Source of the DNA: Fidelibacterota bacterium
GTDB lineage: Bacteria > Fidelibacterota > UBA2242
DNA: 47,164 bases
Reading direction: 5' to 3'
NCBI GenBank assembly: GCA_021161185.1
Contig: JAGHBC010000011.1
Coordinates: forward strand, 1 to 47,164
How positions within the stretch are numbered: the first letter of the stretch is position 1; every line of letters starts with the position of its first letter. A program made the position numbers and the translations under genes. The notes beneath the pieces were generated by a model. The model made no database searches and was not told where the DNA came from. It worked only from the letters and a program-made list of their open reading frames with translations. Positions 19,745 to 30,527 of this stretch are shown piece by piece.

Positions 19745-20779
19745 ATGAGACTTTCCGATTTCGATTATGAATTACCTGAAAATTTAATTGCCCAATATCC
19801 GATAGAAAAACGTGACCGCTCCCGCCTAATGGTCGTCAATCGAAAAGAAAACAGCATAGATCATAAGCATTTTTATAATCTCCCGGACTATTTAAACTCA
19901 GGTGACTTGCTGATCCTTAACGAAACCATGGTCTATCCGGCAAGACTCGAGGCAATTAAAGATCGTACCGATGCAAAAGTAGAGGTCTTTTTATTGCGGG
20001 AGCTGGATAACAATCTCTGGGAGGTCATGGTAAAACCAGCCCGAAAAGTAAGAATCGGTAACAAGTTGACAATAGCCGAAGGCGTCCAGTGTGATGTTAT
20101 TGACAACACTGTGTCTGGTGGGCGCGTAGTGCGGTTTAATAATATTGTCCAGCAGGACCTTTATACGTTAATCGACAAAATCGGTCAGTCCCCTCTGCCA
20201 CCTTATATCGATCGCGAGCCCACACCGGAAGATAAGATAAAATACCAAACCGTCTATGCCAAACGCAGAGGCGCGGTCGCCGCTCCCACGGCAGGCTTAC
20301 ATTTTACCGAAGAGTTAATAGAAAAGCTTAAGGTCAAGGGCGTAAAAATATTCCAGATAGTGCTTCATATCGGGCTAGGAACTTTTCGACCGGTTACCGT
20401 TGAAGATTTATCCCGGCATCGTATGGATTCCGAATACTATGAAGTCTCTGCCGAAACCGCCCTGGCAATTAACGAAGTCAAATTAAAAGGAAAACGGGTT
20501 GTTGCCGTTGGCACATCTGTCGTCCGAACCCTTGAAACCGTTACCGTTTCCGGTTTTCAGGTTAGTCCGCGAAAGGGCTGGACCGATAAATTTATCTATC
20601 CGCCCTATGATTTTAAAATGGTTGACGCTCTGATCACCAATTTTCATCAACCTAAATCGACTCTTATCATGCAGGTATCCGCCTTTGCCGGACATGAATT
20701 GATAATGAAAGCCTATCATGAAGCGATAAAGAAAAAATATCGGTTTTTCAGCTACGGCGACGCCATGATTATTATATAG
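19745..20779 (+). CDS. queA: S-adenosylmethionine:tRNA ribosyltransferase-isomerase
   Basis: The product begins MRLSDFDYELPENLIAQYP, the canonical QueA N-terminus, and contains GAVAAPTAGLHFT. The ATG at 19745 lies 7 nt after AAGGAGG. Confidence 0.95.
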   Translation: MRLSDFDYELPENLIAQYPIEKRDRSRLMVVNRKENSIDHKHFYNLPDYLNSGDLLILNETMVYPARLEAIKDRTDAKVEVFLLRELDNNLWEVMVKPARKVRIGNKLTIAEGVQCDVIDNTVSGGRVVRFNNIVQQDLYTLIDKIGQSPLPPYIDREPTPEDKIKYQTVYAKRRGAVAAPTAGLHFTEELIEKLKVKGVKIFQIVLHIGLGTFRPVTVEDLSRHRMDSEYYEVSAETALAINEVKLKGKRVVAVGTSVVRTLETVTVSGFQVSPRKGWTDKFIYPPYDFKMVDALITNFHQPKSTLIMQVSAFAGHELIMKAYHEAIKKKYRFFSYGDAMIII

Positions 20780-20792
20780 AGAAACAAGACCC

Positions 20793-21485
20793 TTGAAATT
20801 AAGTAGCGCAATTATTGTCGCAGCAGGGAGTGGATTACGAATGAATTCATCCGTTCCCAAACAATTCCTTACCCTTGGCGGAAAAACCGTTTTATATCAC
20901 ACCCTGCAAAAATTTCTAAAGACTCCGGCAATTTCAGAAATTATCATTGTCGTTGCACCCGAGATGACCGATTCTGAACTCCTGAAGATATCCCTGCCGC
21001 TTTTTTCTTCAAAATCTATTCATATCGTTGTGGGCGGTAAAAGACGGCAGGATTCGGTGTATAACGGACTTATAGCCCTTAATCCGGGGTCTGCAATTGT
21101 CAGCATTCACGACGCCGTCCGCCCGTTTATTCGTCCGGAAACAATCTCAACGGCTATCGATTTGTGCTCTCAGTATGACGGTGTAATCGTTGCTGCTCCG
21201 ACGACCAACACCCTGAAAGAGGTTTGCGACCACCTGATTGTCAAAACCGTGAGTAGGGAGTTAATTTGGCAGGCGCAGACACCGCAAACATTCAGGCTGG
21301 AAATTCTCTTGAAGGCATACGAACAGGCCTATCATGACGGTGTCACCGTTACCGATGATGCCGCTCTGGTTGAACGAATTGGCGGGAGGATACGTGTCAT
21401 CGAGGGCGATGCGTGGAATATTAAAATAACCAGCCGGCAAGACCTGATTTTGGCACAATCAATTTTTGAGAAAGGTCTGGTATGA
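20793..21485 (+). CDS. ispD: 2-C-methyl-D-erythritol 4-phosphate cytidylyltransferase
   Basis: IIVAAGSGLRM (P-loop-like) and GGKRRQDSV are present. The start is TTG. Confidence 0.9.
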   Translation: MKLSSAIIVAAGSGLRMNSSVPKQFLTLGGKTVLYHTLQKFLKTPAISEIIIVVAPEMTDSELLKISLPLFSSKSIHIVVGGKRRQDSVYNGLIALNPGSAIVSIHDAVRPFIRPETISTAIDLCSQYDGVIVAAPTTNTLKEVCDHLIVKTVSRELIWQAQTPQTFRLEILLKAYEQAYHDGVTVTDDAALVERIGGRIRVIEGDAWNIKITSRQDLILAQSIFEKGLV

Positions 21486-21967
21486 AAAATTTTAATTTTC
21501 GTATAGGTCACGGTATCGACGCCCACTCTTTTACTTTTGGCAAACCGTTGATTCTCGGAGGAATAAGCATCCCCTTTGAAAAAGGGCTGGAGGGATATTC
21601 CGACGCTGATGTTGTCATACATGCGATTATCGATGCTCTTTTGGGCGCTGCCGGATTGGGCGATATTGGCACTCATTTCCCCAATACCGATCCCCAATAT
21701 CGCAATATCTCCAGCATTATCCTGCTTGAAAAGGTGGTTAATCTAATTCAGGAACACCATTATTATATCGGCAATGTCGATGTCACCGTTATTGCCGAAC
21801 GCCCCCAAATCGCACCTCATTTTGCTGCCATGCAGCAAGTCCTGGCAGCTGTTATGAAAGTGTCGAAAGATAGTATTTCAATAAAAGCTACAACAACGGA
21901 AAAAATGGGATTTACCGGAAGAGAAGAGGGGATTGCCGCTTTTGCCACGGCATTGATAGGATACTAA
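21482..21967 (+). CDS. ispF: 2-C-methyl-D-erythritol 2,4-cyclodiphosphate synthase
   Basis: RIGHGIDAHSF, SDADVVIHAIIDALLGA and TTTEKMGFTGR are present. It overlaps ispD by 4 nt. Confidence 0.95.
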   Translation: MKNFNFRIGHGIDAHSFTFGKPLILGGISIPFEKGLEGYSDADVVIHAIIDALLGAAGLGDIGTHFPNTDPQYRNISSIILLEKVVNLIQEHHYYIGNVDVTVIAERPQIAPHFAAMQQVLAAVMKVSKDSISIKATTTEKMGFTGREEGIAAFATALIGY

Positions 21968-22590
21968 TGGAAAACTACTTTTATACGATTGCTGAAACAA
22001 GCCCTGTTATTATCTATTTTGTCCTACTCCTGTTTATTTTTATGGAAAACATTCTCCCGTTGGTGCCAGGAGACGCCGTTTTAATTTTTTCAGCCTATCT
22101 TGCCGGGCGCGGAACGCTGTCCCCCCTTCTGACTTTTGTTTTAACCGTTTTGGGCAGCATTGCCGGATTTACACTGGCTTTTTCCTTGAGTCGGTATTGG
22201 GGGCGGGATTTTTTTGAGCAGCGTAAATTTCCTTTTATGCCTTTAAGGAGAATGCATAAAATCGATCATTATTTCCACGAGTTTGGGAACTGGTTTTTAA
22301 TGATTGGACGGCTAATACCTGGTAGCCGTTTGGCTTTAGCCCTGTTTGCCGGATTTTCAAAAATATCTTATCCACGCGCCTTCTCTTTTACAGTCGTCGC
22401 CATTCTGTTATGGAACGGAACGATTTTTATCCTGGGGAAAGAATTGGGTGAAAACTGGACCGCAATCAAAGAGTGGCTGTCGGGTTATAATACAATCGCA
22501 GATTACTTGCTCATATTTGCTGTATTATGCTACGTTATATATAAAATTTATAAAAAAACATCGGAAAGGAGACGCGCAGTCAGTGATTAG
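21967..22590 (+). CDS. DedA-family (VTT/SNARE-associated domain) membrane protein
   Basis: 207 aa and polytopic, with the ENILPLVPGDAVLIFSAYLAG motif typical of DedA. TAATG overlap with ispF. Confidence 0.8.
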   Translation: MENYFYTIAETSPVIIYFVLLLFIFMENILPLVPGDAVLIFSAYLAGRGTLSPLLTFVLTVLGSIAGFTLAFSLSRYWGRDFFEQRKFPFMPLRRMHKIDHYFHEFGNWFLMIGRLIPGSRLALALFAGFSKISYPRAFSFTVVAILLWNGTIFILGKELGENWTAIKEWLSGYNTIADYLLIFAVLCYVIYKIYKKTSERRRAVSD

Positions 22591-24025
22591 AACAAGATTC
22601 GCTCCCAGTCCAACGGGCTATCTGCATGTTGGCGGTTTACGAACTGCTCTGTATAATTATCTCTATGCCAAAAAACATAATGGTGTGTTCATCTTGAGAA
22701 TCGAGGATACCGACCAACAGCGTAAAATTGAAGGGGCGGTCGAGAACCTGATCAGCACCCTAAAATGGACCGGCATCTATCACGATGAAGGACCTGATGT
22801 CGGTGGAGAATTCGGCCCATATATACAATCACAACGCCTGTCCATTTACCGTGAGCATATCAACCAGCTGATTGAAGCCGGACACGCCTATCACTGTTTC
22901 TGCAGCACCGATCGACTGAAATCCCTTCGGGAACAGCAGATCGCGGAAAACCAAAATCCCCGCTATGATAATCACTGCCGGGATATTTCCAAAGACGAAG
23001 CGGAACAGCGCATTGCCGCCGGTAAATCATCCGTTGTGCGCATGAAAGTGCCGACAAGTGGATTTATCGAGATTTACGATCTGGTTCGTGGAAAAGTCAC
23101 CTTTGCCTGCGATTTACTTGAGGATCAAATCCTGCTTAAATCCGACGGATTTCCCACCTATCACCTTGCGAATGTTGTAGATGATCATTATATGCAGATC
23201 AGCCATGTTATCCGTGGCGAAGAGTGGCTTCCCAGTACACCCAAGCACAAACTTCTCTATGAATACTTTGGCTGGAAGCTGCCGCAGTTTGCCCACCTGC
23301 CCCTCTTGCTAAATGCGGACAGAAGCAAATTATCCAAGCGTCAGGGCGATGTCGCTGTTGAGGATTATCTTCGAAAAGGGTATTTGCCTGAAGCCCTGAT
23401 CAATTTCCTGGCGCTCCTTGGTTGGAATCCGGGAACAAACCGGGAAATATTCAATCTGGAAGAATTGATCCAGGCATTTTCCCTGAAGCGAATCAACAAA
23501 GCCGGTGCCATATTCAATCCGGAAAAACTGCAGTGGATGAACAGTCAGTATATCCGTGGTCTTAAGCCGGAAAATTTGCTTAAGCTGGCAAGCCCATATC
23601 TTCCGGACGATAAGAGTTGTCAAGACTGGCCCAAGGACAAAGTCGGGGAAATTTTACTCCTATTACAACCCTATCTTAGCACATTGAGTGACATTCCGGA
23701 AAAAGGATCGTTTTTCTTTAATGATCCGGTATTATCCGAAAATACCGAGCTGCAAGATTTGATCCGGTCTCCTGAATTTCACACAGTCTTAGCATCACTG
23801 AAAAACCAGGTTGTCCGGGTTAGAATTCTGAATAGCGCCGCGTTTCACTCCATGGTAAAAACCGTTCAGCAGGAAACACGTGTCACGGGTAAACAGCTAT
23901 GGACGACAATCCGGGTGGCAATTATCGGCAAAGAACATGGGCCCGACATCAGTAAGATTGCCGAAATTCTTGGGAAAGATCGCTTTTTAAAACGCCTGGA
24001 CGCCGCATTAAAAATAAATGGATAG
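22583..24025 (+). CDS. gltX: Glutamate--tRNA ligase
   Basis: The HIGH-class motif in RFAPSPTGYLHVGG and KMSKS-like KLSKR are present. I chose the GTG at 22583 after GGAAAGGAG. The longer track ORF from 22346 would overlap dedA in another frame. Confidence 0.9.
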   Translation: MIRTRFAPSPTGYLHVGGLRTALYNYLYAKKHNGVFILRIEDTDQQRKIEGAVENLISTLKWTGIYHDEGPDVGGEFGPYIQSQRLSIYREHINQLIEAGHAYHCFCSTDRLKSLREQQIAENQNPRYDNHCRDISKDEAEQRIAAGKSSVVRMKVPTSGFIEIYDLVRGKVTFACDLLEDQILLKSDGFPTYHLANVVDDHYMQISHVIRGEEWLPSTPKHKLLYEYFGWKLPQFAHLPLLLNADRSKLSKRQGDVAVEDYLRKGYLPEALINFLALLGWNPGTNREIFNLEELIQAFSLKRINKAGAIFNPEKLQWMNSQYIRGLKPENLLKLASPYLPDDKSCQDWPKDKVGEILLLLQPYLSTLSDIPEKGSFFFNDPVLSENTELQDLIRSPEFHTVLASLKNQVVRVRILNSAAFHSMVKTVQQETRVTGKQLWTTIRVAIIGKEHGPDISKIAEILGKDRFLKRLDAALKING

Positions 24026-24854
24026 AACGTCTCATATAATCCGCTCAAACGCCAAAATCAATCTGTGTCTGCGAATAACCGGCAAACTGTCCAACGGTTA
24101 CCACACCCTCAGCACAATATTTCAGGAAATCGATCTTCACGATATTATAACTTTCACCCCTTCTCGGAGATACATTCTAAGCTGTAGCGATCCAAAGGTT
24201 CCTTGCGACGGTCGTAATTTATGTTCAAAGGCTTATGCGGAAATGAAGCAATTGGCTCCACAGTCTCCGGACTGGCATATTCATCTTCAGAAAACTATTC
24301 CGGTGGGTGCCGGACTGGGCGGCGGCAGTTCAAATGCAGCTACAGTGATTAAATTTTTAAACGAACAGTGGGAGTTAGGACTTGACGAGCAACAACTAAT
24401 CCGGATAGCCGTAAAGATCGGCGCCGATGTGGCATTTTATATCCATGGCAAGACCCAGGGCGCCGAGGGAATTGGCGAACAGCTCATACCTTTGAAATTA
24501 CCCCGACAGTTCACTTTACTGTTGATCTGTCCTGCCATTCATATTTCCACAAAATGGGCTTATCAACAATTCAACTTGACAAAGAGGAAAGAAGGCTATA
24601 AATTTCACGACGTTTTTGAATCGGGTAAGATTCAATGGTCGCTGTTTGAAAATCAATTTGAGTCTGTTGTTTTTTCAACATATCCAGAAATCGGCAACAT
24701 CAAGACGCTTCTTATAAAAGAAGGATCTCAATATGCCGGTTTGTCGGGAAGCGGTTCGACTGTGTTTGGAATTTTTAAAAACAGAAACAATGCAGAACAT
24801 GCTCGAAAAGCTTTCGACAGACACACCACATTTATATCAACTCCAATATTTTAA
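24018..24854 (+). CDS. ispE: 4-diphosphocytidyl-2-C-methyl-D-erythritol kinase
   Basis: AKINLCLRI and the GHMP-kinase motif PVGAGLGGGSSNAA are present. Confidence 0.9.
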   Translation: MDRTSHIIRSNAKINLCLRITGKLSNGYHTLSTIFQEIDLHDIITFTPSRRYILSCSDPKVPCDGRNLCSKAYAEMKQLAPQSPDWHIHLQKTIPVGAGLGGGSSNAATVIKFLNEQWELGLDEQQLIRIAVKIGADVAFYIHGKTQGAEGIGEQLIPLKLPRQFTLLLICPAIHISTKWAYQQFNLTKRKEGYKFHDVFESGKIQWSLFENQFESVVFSTYPEIGNIKTLLIKEGSQYAGLSGSGSTVFGIFKNRNNAEHARKAFDRHTTFISTPIF

Positions 24855-24875
24855 CAGAAAAACAACATAAATAAT

Positions 24876-24946
24876 TCGGGGATCGTCCAATGGCAGGACT
24901 GCGGCCTTTGGAGCCGTCAATCTTGGTTCGAATCCAAGTCCCCGAG
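24876..24946 (+). tRNA. tRNA-Gln (anticodon UUG)
   Basis: Hand-folded cloverleaf: acceptor TCGGGGA/TCCCCGA, D stem GTCC/GGAC, anticodon stem GCGGC/GCCGT with loop CTTTGGA (TTG at 24908-24910), T arm CTTGG-TTCGAAT-CCAAG, discriminator G. The 3' CCA is not encoded. Confidence 0.85.
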
Positions 24947-24971
24947 CAATTTTTAATATGAAGAAGAATTT

Positions 24972-25913
24972 ATGAAAAATAATGCGCGAATATTTTCCGG
25001 GAGAGCAAATCCCGACCTGACCCGGGAAATCAATGAAATCCTGGGGATGTCAGAGGGTAAAATTGCATTAGGCAATTTCAGTGACGGTGAAATCTGGGTA
25101 CGTATCGAAGAAAATATTCGGGGAGCCGACGTTTTTATCGTTCAGCCTACGAATCCGCCCGCCGAAAATATTCTTGAATTGCTCTTAATTATCGATGCTG
25201 CCCGGCGGGCGTCGGCAAAGCGCATTACCGCCGTTATTCCCTATTACGGATATGCTCGGCAGGATCGCAAAGATCAACCCCGGGTTCCCATTTCTTCCCG
25301 CCTGATCATGGATGAAATTGTCAATGCCGGCGCCGATCGTATTGTCGCTATGGACTTGCATTCCACCCAGATTCAGGGATTTGTCAATATTCCTTTTGAC
25401 CATCTTTATGCCAAATCGATATTTATTGAGCCGCTAAGAAAATTGACCGCCGGTAAGGATTTCGCGATCGTCGCTCCCGATGTGGGTGGAATTAAATTTG
25501 CCAGGTCCTATGCTCAGATTCTGGGTTTGCCGTTATCAATTATCGATAAACGACGTCCCCAACCCAATCAGGCTGAAGTAATGAATGTGATCGGTGAAAG
25601 TTGTGTGAAAAACGCACTGTTGATTGATGATATGATCGACACCGGCGGGACCGTGGCACAGGCGGTCAGGTTATTAAAAGAAAACGGTGCCGAAACAATT
25701 ACTGTAGTTGCCACTCACGGTCTGTTTTCCGGAAATTGTGTGCAGCTCATGATGGATGCTCCCATTGATAAAGTTATCGTTACCAATAGCCTGTCTATCC
25801 CACGGGAACGGACCTTTCCTAAATTGGAAATCCTATCCGCCGCACCAATGCTGGCGGAAGCAATAAAACGCATTCATTTTGAAGAATCCATTAGCACATT
25901 ATTTGACTTTTAA
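24972..25913 (+). CDS. prs: Ribose-phosphate pyrophosphokinase
   Basis: YYGYARQDRK and the PRPP-binding loop LIDDMIDTGGT are present. Confidence 0.95.
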   Translation: MKNNARIFSGRANPDLTREINEILGMSEGKIALGNFSDGEIWVRIEENIRGADVFIVQPTNPPAENILELLLIIDAARRASAKRITAVIPYYGYARQDRKDQPRVPISSRLIMDEIVNAGADRIVAMDLHSTQIQGFVNIPFDHLYAKSIFIEPLRKLTAGKDFAIVAPDVGGIKFARSYAQILGLPLSIIDKRRPQPNQAEVMNVIGESCVKNALLIDDMIDTGGTVAQAVRLLKENGAETITVVATHGLFSGNCVQLMMDAPIDKVIVTNSLSIPRERTFPKLEILSAAPMLAEAIKRIHFEESISTLFDF

Positions 25914-25930
25914 CAATAAGGAGATTTTAT

Positions 25931-26548
25931 ATGGCTGATTATAATCTAAAATCAGAATTGCGTACCAATATGAGTAAAGGTGCGACAAAACTTTTACGCA
26001 AAGAGGGGCAAATCCCGGCTGTTTATTATTTTCATCGGGGAAAACCGGTCGCTTTAAGCGTCGATTTAAAAGCATTAAAAGCCGGAATTCACTCCGGGGC
26101 GAATATGTATGAGATCCAGATGGGCAGTAAAAAACATAAATGCATCCTGAGAGACCTTCAGTATAACCCGGTAACTGAAGAAATAATTCATGCTGACTTC
26201 ATGGGAATTACTATGAAAGAAGAGATTCATATTAACGTTCCCATCCATCTGGAAGGTATCGCTATTGGTGTCAAGGATTTTGGCGGTGTGTTGACGCAAC
26301 AGATCTGGGAGCTGAATGTCAAATGTAAAGCCGGTGATATTCCCGATGTGGTAACCATAGATGTCAGCGGATTAAATATTGGGGATTCTATCAGCGTTGC
26401 CGATGTCTCTATAGAAAATGTGGAAATTTTGACGCCCGCGACATCTTCAATAGTATCTGTTGTAAAAGCTACCGGTGCAAAGGCTGAAGAAGAAGCGGTT
26501 GAAGAAGGTGAAGAGCCCGAAGAGATTGAAGAAGAAACCACTGAATAA
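25931..26548 (+). CDS. rplY: 50S ribosomal protein L25 / general stress protein Ctc
   Basis: The N-terminus ...RKEGQIPAVYY and a two-domain Ctc length (205 aa) with an acidic tail support the call. Confidence 0.85.
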   Translation: MADYNLKSELRTNMSKGATKLLRKEGQIPAVYYFHRGKPVALSVDLKALKAGIHSGANMYEIQMGSKKHKCILRDLQYNPVTEEIIHADFMGITMKEEIHINVPIHLEGIAIGVKDFGGVLTQQIWELNVKCKAGDIPDVVTIDVSGLNIGDSISVADVSIENVEILTPATSSIVSVVKATGAKAEEEAVEEGEEPEEIEEETTE

Positions 26549-26562
26549 CTATAGAATTGTCC

Positions 26563-27210
26563 ATGATAGCCGGATTTTTTTCAAGACGCCCTTTGGCTAC
26601 AACCAAAAATATTCAGAAAGTCATTATGGGGCTTGGCAATCCGGGGGAACAATATGAAAAAACGAGGCACAATTTCGGATTTATGGTAGTCGATCGATTG
26701 GCAGATAAAAAACAGCTATCATTTTGCTTATCTGGGAAACCCTATGTCTGGAGCGAAACAGATATTGTTTCGGTCGGGGTTTGTTTGTGTAAACCGCTGA
26801 CCTATATGAATAACAGCGGAGTCGCCGCCCGCGACATTTTGCATAGTTACAACCTGACTCCTGAAGATCTACTGGTTATCTATGATGATATCGATCTGCC
26901 TCTTGGAAAGGTTCGTTTAAGAAAACGCGGTTCTTCCGGCGGACATCGGGGTATTCAATCTATTATCGATCAGTTAGAGAGTCGGGAATTTCCCCGCTTA
27001 CGTCTCGGGATTGGTCCTCAGGATGAAGGCGTTGCCGCCGAAGATTATGTTCTGGATAATTTTCGTAAAGCCGAAATACCGATAGCTAAAAACGTAATCG
27101 AGACTGCGGCAAAAGTGGCAGAAGATTTCCTTTCTTGTGATATTGAACATGTTATGAATAGATACAATAGATGGGATCTTACAGAGTTATCAAAGGGAGA
27201 AGCTTCATAA
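26563..27210 (+). CDS. pth: Peptidyl-tRNA hydrolase
   Basis: [18 protein letters not shown] is the canonical Pth N-terminal block. The start is uncertain: TTG 26557, ATG 26563 or ATG 26626. Only the last gives a canonical-length N-terminus. Confidence 0.85.
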   Translation: MIAGFFSRRPLATTKNIQKVIMGLGNPGEQYEKTRHNFGFMVVDRLADKKQLSFCLSGKPYVWSETDIVSVGVCLCKPLTYMNNSGVAARDILHSYNLTPEDLLVIYDDIDLPLGKVRLRKRGSSGGHRGIQSIIDQLESREFPRLRLGIGPQDEGVAAEDYVLDNFRKAEIPIAKNVIETAAKVAEDFLSCDIEHVMNRYNRWDLTELSKGEAS

Positions 27211-29258
27211 TGGTTGCCGAAACATCATTTAACTGGATTTATGTTACGATTGTCACCGGTATAGCGGCAGTGGTATTCGCCTTCATAAGGGCGGTTTGGG
27301 TCTCCAGACAAGACGCCGGAAATGATACGATGCAGACTATTGCCGGGCATATCCGCGAAGGCGCGATGGCTTTCTTATATCGGGAGTATAGGGTATTAAT
27401 TATCTTTTTAGCGGCAGTGTCGGTATTACTTTTAATTGGTAATAAAGGTTGGAACCGCCTGGTTGCAGTTTCCTTTATTTGCGGAGCGCTCTGTTCCGGT
27501 CTAACCGGCTTTGTTGGGATGAAGATTGCGACCACTGCTAATGTGCGTACGACTCAGGCTGCCAGATTCGGATTAAATAAGGCTCTGAAAATAGCATTTT
27601 CAAGCGGTTCAGTTATGGGTATGAGTGTCGTCGGTCTGGGATTACTTGGACTATCCCTGTTATTTATCATATACAGTAAAGCCTTTGGGACCTCTAATGA
27701 AAACTTAACAGAACTGGTTTTACCGATTTTGAGTGGGTTCAGCTTCGGTGCCAGTTCAATTGCATTATTTGCCCGTGTCGGCGGTGGTATTTACACCAAA
27801 GCTGCCGATATCGGGGCTGACCTGGTAGGCAAGGTCGAAGCGGGTATTCCCGAAGATGATCCTCGAAATCCGGCTACAATTGCCGATAATGTCGGTGATA
27901 ATGTCGGCGATGTTGCCGGCATGGGCGCCGATTTATTTGAAAGTTACGTGGGTTCCATCATCGGCGCTATGGTACTGGGAGCCTTATTTGGATTAAATCT
28001 TGTTGTATTGCCTCTAGCGCTGGCAGGTCTGGGAATTATTTGTTCTCTGATCGGAACTCTACTCGTTAAGACCAGGGAAGGCGGCGATCCTCAAAAAGCA
28101 TTTAACCGGGGCACTTTTGCGGCGGATGGATTAATGCTACTGCTGATTTATCCCGTCACTAAACTGTTTCTTCCGCACAATATTTCGGTTGCCGGTACTT
28201 CGATTAGCGCTTTTGGCATTTTCACGGCAATCTTAGCCGGCTTAACCGCCGGTGTCGCCATAGGCTTGATTACAGAATATTACACGGCAGGATCCAAAAA
28301 ACCGACTCAATGGGTGGCGCAACAATCTCTGACAGGTGCGGCAACGAACATAATCGCCGGTCTGAGCCTGGGAATGATGTCAACAATGTGGCCGATCATT
28401 TTCATTGCCGGCGCAATCATGGTAGCCTATACGGTCGCCGGATTGTATGGAATTGCCATCGCCGCGCTCGGAATGTTATCAACGACCGGTATTCAGCTTG
28501 CCATCGATGCCTATGGACCCGTCGCCGATAATGCCGGTGGTATTGCCGAAATGGCGATGCTTGGCAGAGACGTTCGCAAACGGACCGATAAATTAGATGC
28601 GGTTGGAAATACCACAGCCGCCGTGGGTAAGGGGTTTGCTATTGGCTCAGCTGCATTGACGGCTATGGCTCTCTTTGCGGCATTTCAAAGCTCGGCGCAG
28701 ATTGAATCCATTGACCTGACCAACCCTTTCGTTATTGCAGGTCTTCTGATTGGCGGGATGTTGCCGTTTTTATTCAGCAGTATGGCATTGAAAGCCGTAG
28801 GTGAAGCTGCATCTGAGATGATCAAGGAAGTTCGGCGGCAATTTCGCGAAATAAAGGGTCTCATGGAAGGGAAGACTACGGCTGATTTTTCCAAATGCGT
28901 CGATATCTCTACCGCAGCCGCCATAAAAAAAATGATTTTGCCGGGTACCTTGGCGGTGGTAATTCCCCCCGTGTTAGGATTTCTGAACAAAGAAATGCTG
29001 GGTGGATTATTAGCCGGCGTTACGGTTACCGGTGTTTTAATGGCTGTTTTTATGGCCAATGCCGGTGGTGCCTGGGACAATGCAAAAAAATATATTGAAG
29101 AAGGAAATCTGGGTGGTAAAGGTAGTGATCCTCACAAAGCCGCTGTAATAGGCGACACAGTGGGCGATCCATTTAAGGACACCGCCGGACCGTCGTTGAA
29201 TATTATCATAAAGTTAATGACCGTCGTATCACTCGTTATTGCGCCGCTAATAAGGTAA
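27210..29258 (+). CDS. hppA: Membrane-bound ion-translocating pyrophosphatase (K+-dependent type)
   Basis: About 16 TM segments, with [27 protein letters not shown] and [21 protein letters not shown] has Ala rather than Lys after GNTT, the residue associated with K+-dependent enzymes. The ATG at 27210 overlaps the pth stop (TAATG) and follows AAGGGAGAAG. Confidence 0.9.
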   Translation: MVAETSFNWIYVTIVTGIAAVVFAFIRAVWVSRQDAGNDTMQTIAGHIREGAMAFLYREYRVLIIFLAAVSVLLLIGNKGWNRLVAVSFICGALCSGLTGFVGMKIATTANVRTTQAARFGLNKALKIAFSSGSVMGMSVVGLGLLGLSLLFIIYSKAFGTSNENLTELVLPILSGFSFGASSIALFARVGGGIYTKAADIGADLVGKVEAGIPEDDPRNPATIADNVGDNVGDVAGMGADLFESYVGSIIGAMVLGALFGLNLVVLPLALAGLGIICSLIGTLLVKTREGGDPQKAFNRGTFAADGLMLLLIYPVTKLFLPHNISVAGTSISAFGIFTAILAGLTAGVAIGLITEYYTAGSKKPTQWVAQQSLTGAATNIIAGLSLGMMSTMWPIIFIAGAIMVAYTVAGLYGIAIAALGMLSTTGIQLAIDAYGPVADNAGGIAEMAMLGRDVRKRTDKLDAVGNTTAAVGKGFAIGSAALTAMALFAAFQSSAQIESIDLTNPFVIAGLLIGGMLPFLFSSMALKAVGEAASEMIKEVRRQFREIKGLMEGKTTADFSKCVDISTAAAIKKMILPGTLAVVIPPVLGFLNKEMLGGLLAGVTVTGVLMAVFMANAGGAWDNAKKYIEEGNLGGKGSDPHKAAVIGDTVGDPFKDTAGPSLNIIIKLMTVVSLVIAPLIR

Positions 29259-29293
29259 TAATTGAACGTATTTTAACATAAGGAGTCTAGCCT

Positions 29294-29638
29294 GTGAGAT
29301 ATTACGAAAATCTTTTCATTGTTCATCCGAATCATGAACAGGAAAAATTAACTAATACGATTGAAGATGTAAAAAAGGAAATTAGTAATCTGGATGGTAA
29401 TATTTTGAATCTGGAGGACTGGGGTAAGCGCCGTCTCGCTTATCCGATTGAAAAACAAAAATATGGCACCTATGTACTGATTCAGTACGAATCCGAAAAT
29501 TCCAAAATCAACCGTGAACTTGAAAACTGGATGAAGATAAAACCCGAAATTCTCTCTTATCTCGTCACTGCACTGGAAGAAAAACCGGAAGTAAGAGAGA
29601 AAAGCAGACAGGAGCCAGATCAGAAATCAGGAGAATAA
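29294..29638 (+). CDS. rpsF: 30S ribosomal protein S6
   Basis: The product begins MRYYENLFIVHPN and contains WGKRRLAYPI. The GTG start lies 8 nt after AAGGAG. Confidence 0.9.
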   Translation: MRYYENLFIVHPNHEQEKLTNTIEDVKKEISNLDGNILNLEDWGKRRLAYPIEKQKYGTYVLIQYESENSKINRELENWMKIKPEILSYLVTALEEKPEVREKSRQEPDQKSGE

Positions 29639-29704
29639 TTGTCACTGAGGATGAGTTTGATTCACATCAAACCTCAATCTCGCAATCTATAGAAAGGGAA
29701 TACT

Positions 29705-29935
29705 ATGGCAATGGTAAACAAAAAGAAAATATGTAAATTTTGTGAAAATCACAGAGAGGCTATCGATTATAAAAACTACAAAGTCTTGAGACGGTTTATC
29801 ACGGAACAGGGCAAAATAATCCCCAGCAGAATCACGGGAACCTGTGCAAAACACCAGCGGGAACTGACCCGAGCAATCAAACGTGCCCGTAACATTGCGT
29901 TGCTGCCCTATGCTTATGACGTTACTCAAAACTAA
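29705..29935 (+). CDS. rpsR: 30S ribosomal protein S18
   Basis: 76 aa, with CKFCE...IDYKN...[35 protein letters not shown]. Confidence 0.95.
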   Translation: MAMVNKKKICKFCENHREAIDYKNYKVLRRFITEQGKIIPSRITGTCAKHQRELTRAIKRARNIALLPYAYDVTQN

Positions 29936-29961
29936 CCAAAGCTGACACACAGGAGGCAATT

Positions 29962-30405
29962 GTGCAAATTATTTTACTTCAGGACCAAGACGGTTTGGGA
30001 AACGCCGGCGACCAGATGAACGTAAAGGACGGTTATGCCCGGAACTATTTAATTCCCAAAGGCTTTGCTCTGAAAGCCGATAAAAACAACATCAAGCATT
30101 TTCAGGAGATAGCTCGCCAGAAAGAACAGAAAAAAAATCGGGTATTAAAAAAATCTACCGATCTGTCTGCGAAACTCAAATCGCTATCTCTTACCATCCC
30201 AGTTCGGGTTGGTGAAGAAGATCGCATATTCGGCGCAGTAACTTCTCAGGATATAGCCCAGCAACTGAAGGACAAGGGCTACGAAATTGACAAACGCCAA
30301 ATTCTTCTCGAAGAGCCCATCAAGGCTCTCGGAATATATGAAGTTCCGGTCAAACTGCACCCCGAAGTCACAGCCACGGTAAAGCTTTGGGTTATTAAAG
30401 CCTGA
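29962..30405 (+). CDS. rplI: 50S ribosomal protein L9
   Basis: The product begins MQIILLQD and contains VKDGYARNYLIPKGFA. The GTG start follows AGGAGG. Confidence 0.95.
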   Translation: MQIILLQDQDGLGNAGDQMNVKDGYARNYLIPKGFALKADKNNIKHFQEIARQKEQKKNRVLKKSTDLSAKLKSLSLTIPVRVGEEDRIFGAVTSQDIAQQLKDKGYEIDKRQILLEEPIKALGIYEVPVKLHPEVTATVKLWVIKA

Positions 30406-30429
30406 TTATTATTGTTTTTGACCAATATT

Positions 30430-30463
30430 AAAGACGAAGCACAAAATGCTTCGTCTTTTTTTT
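30430..30463 (+). terminator. Rho-independent terminator after rplI
   Basis: AAGACGAAGC-ACAAAAT-GCTTCGTCTT forms a 10-bp perfect stem followed by a T-run of 8. Confidence 0.85.
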
Positions 30464-30527
30464 GTAAGAATCCCGGTTTATAATTCTTAAAGTCTTGTGA
30501 AATCTATTAAATCGAAGTATATTTTTT

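Noticed and set aside
22346-22582. N-terminal 79-codon extension of the gltX ORF in the supplied track
   Set aside because: It overlaps the DedA gene in another frame and translates to low-quality sequence. The conserved GltX sequence begins at the GTG at 22583, which has a GGAAAGGAG upstream.
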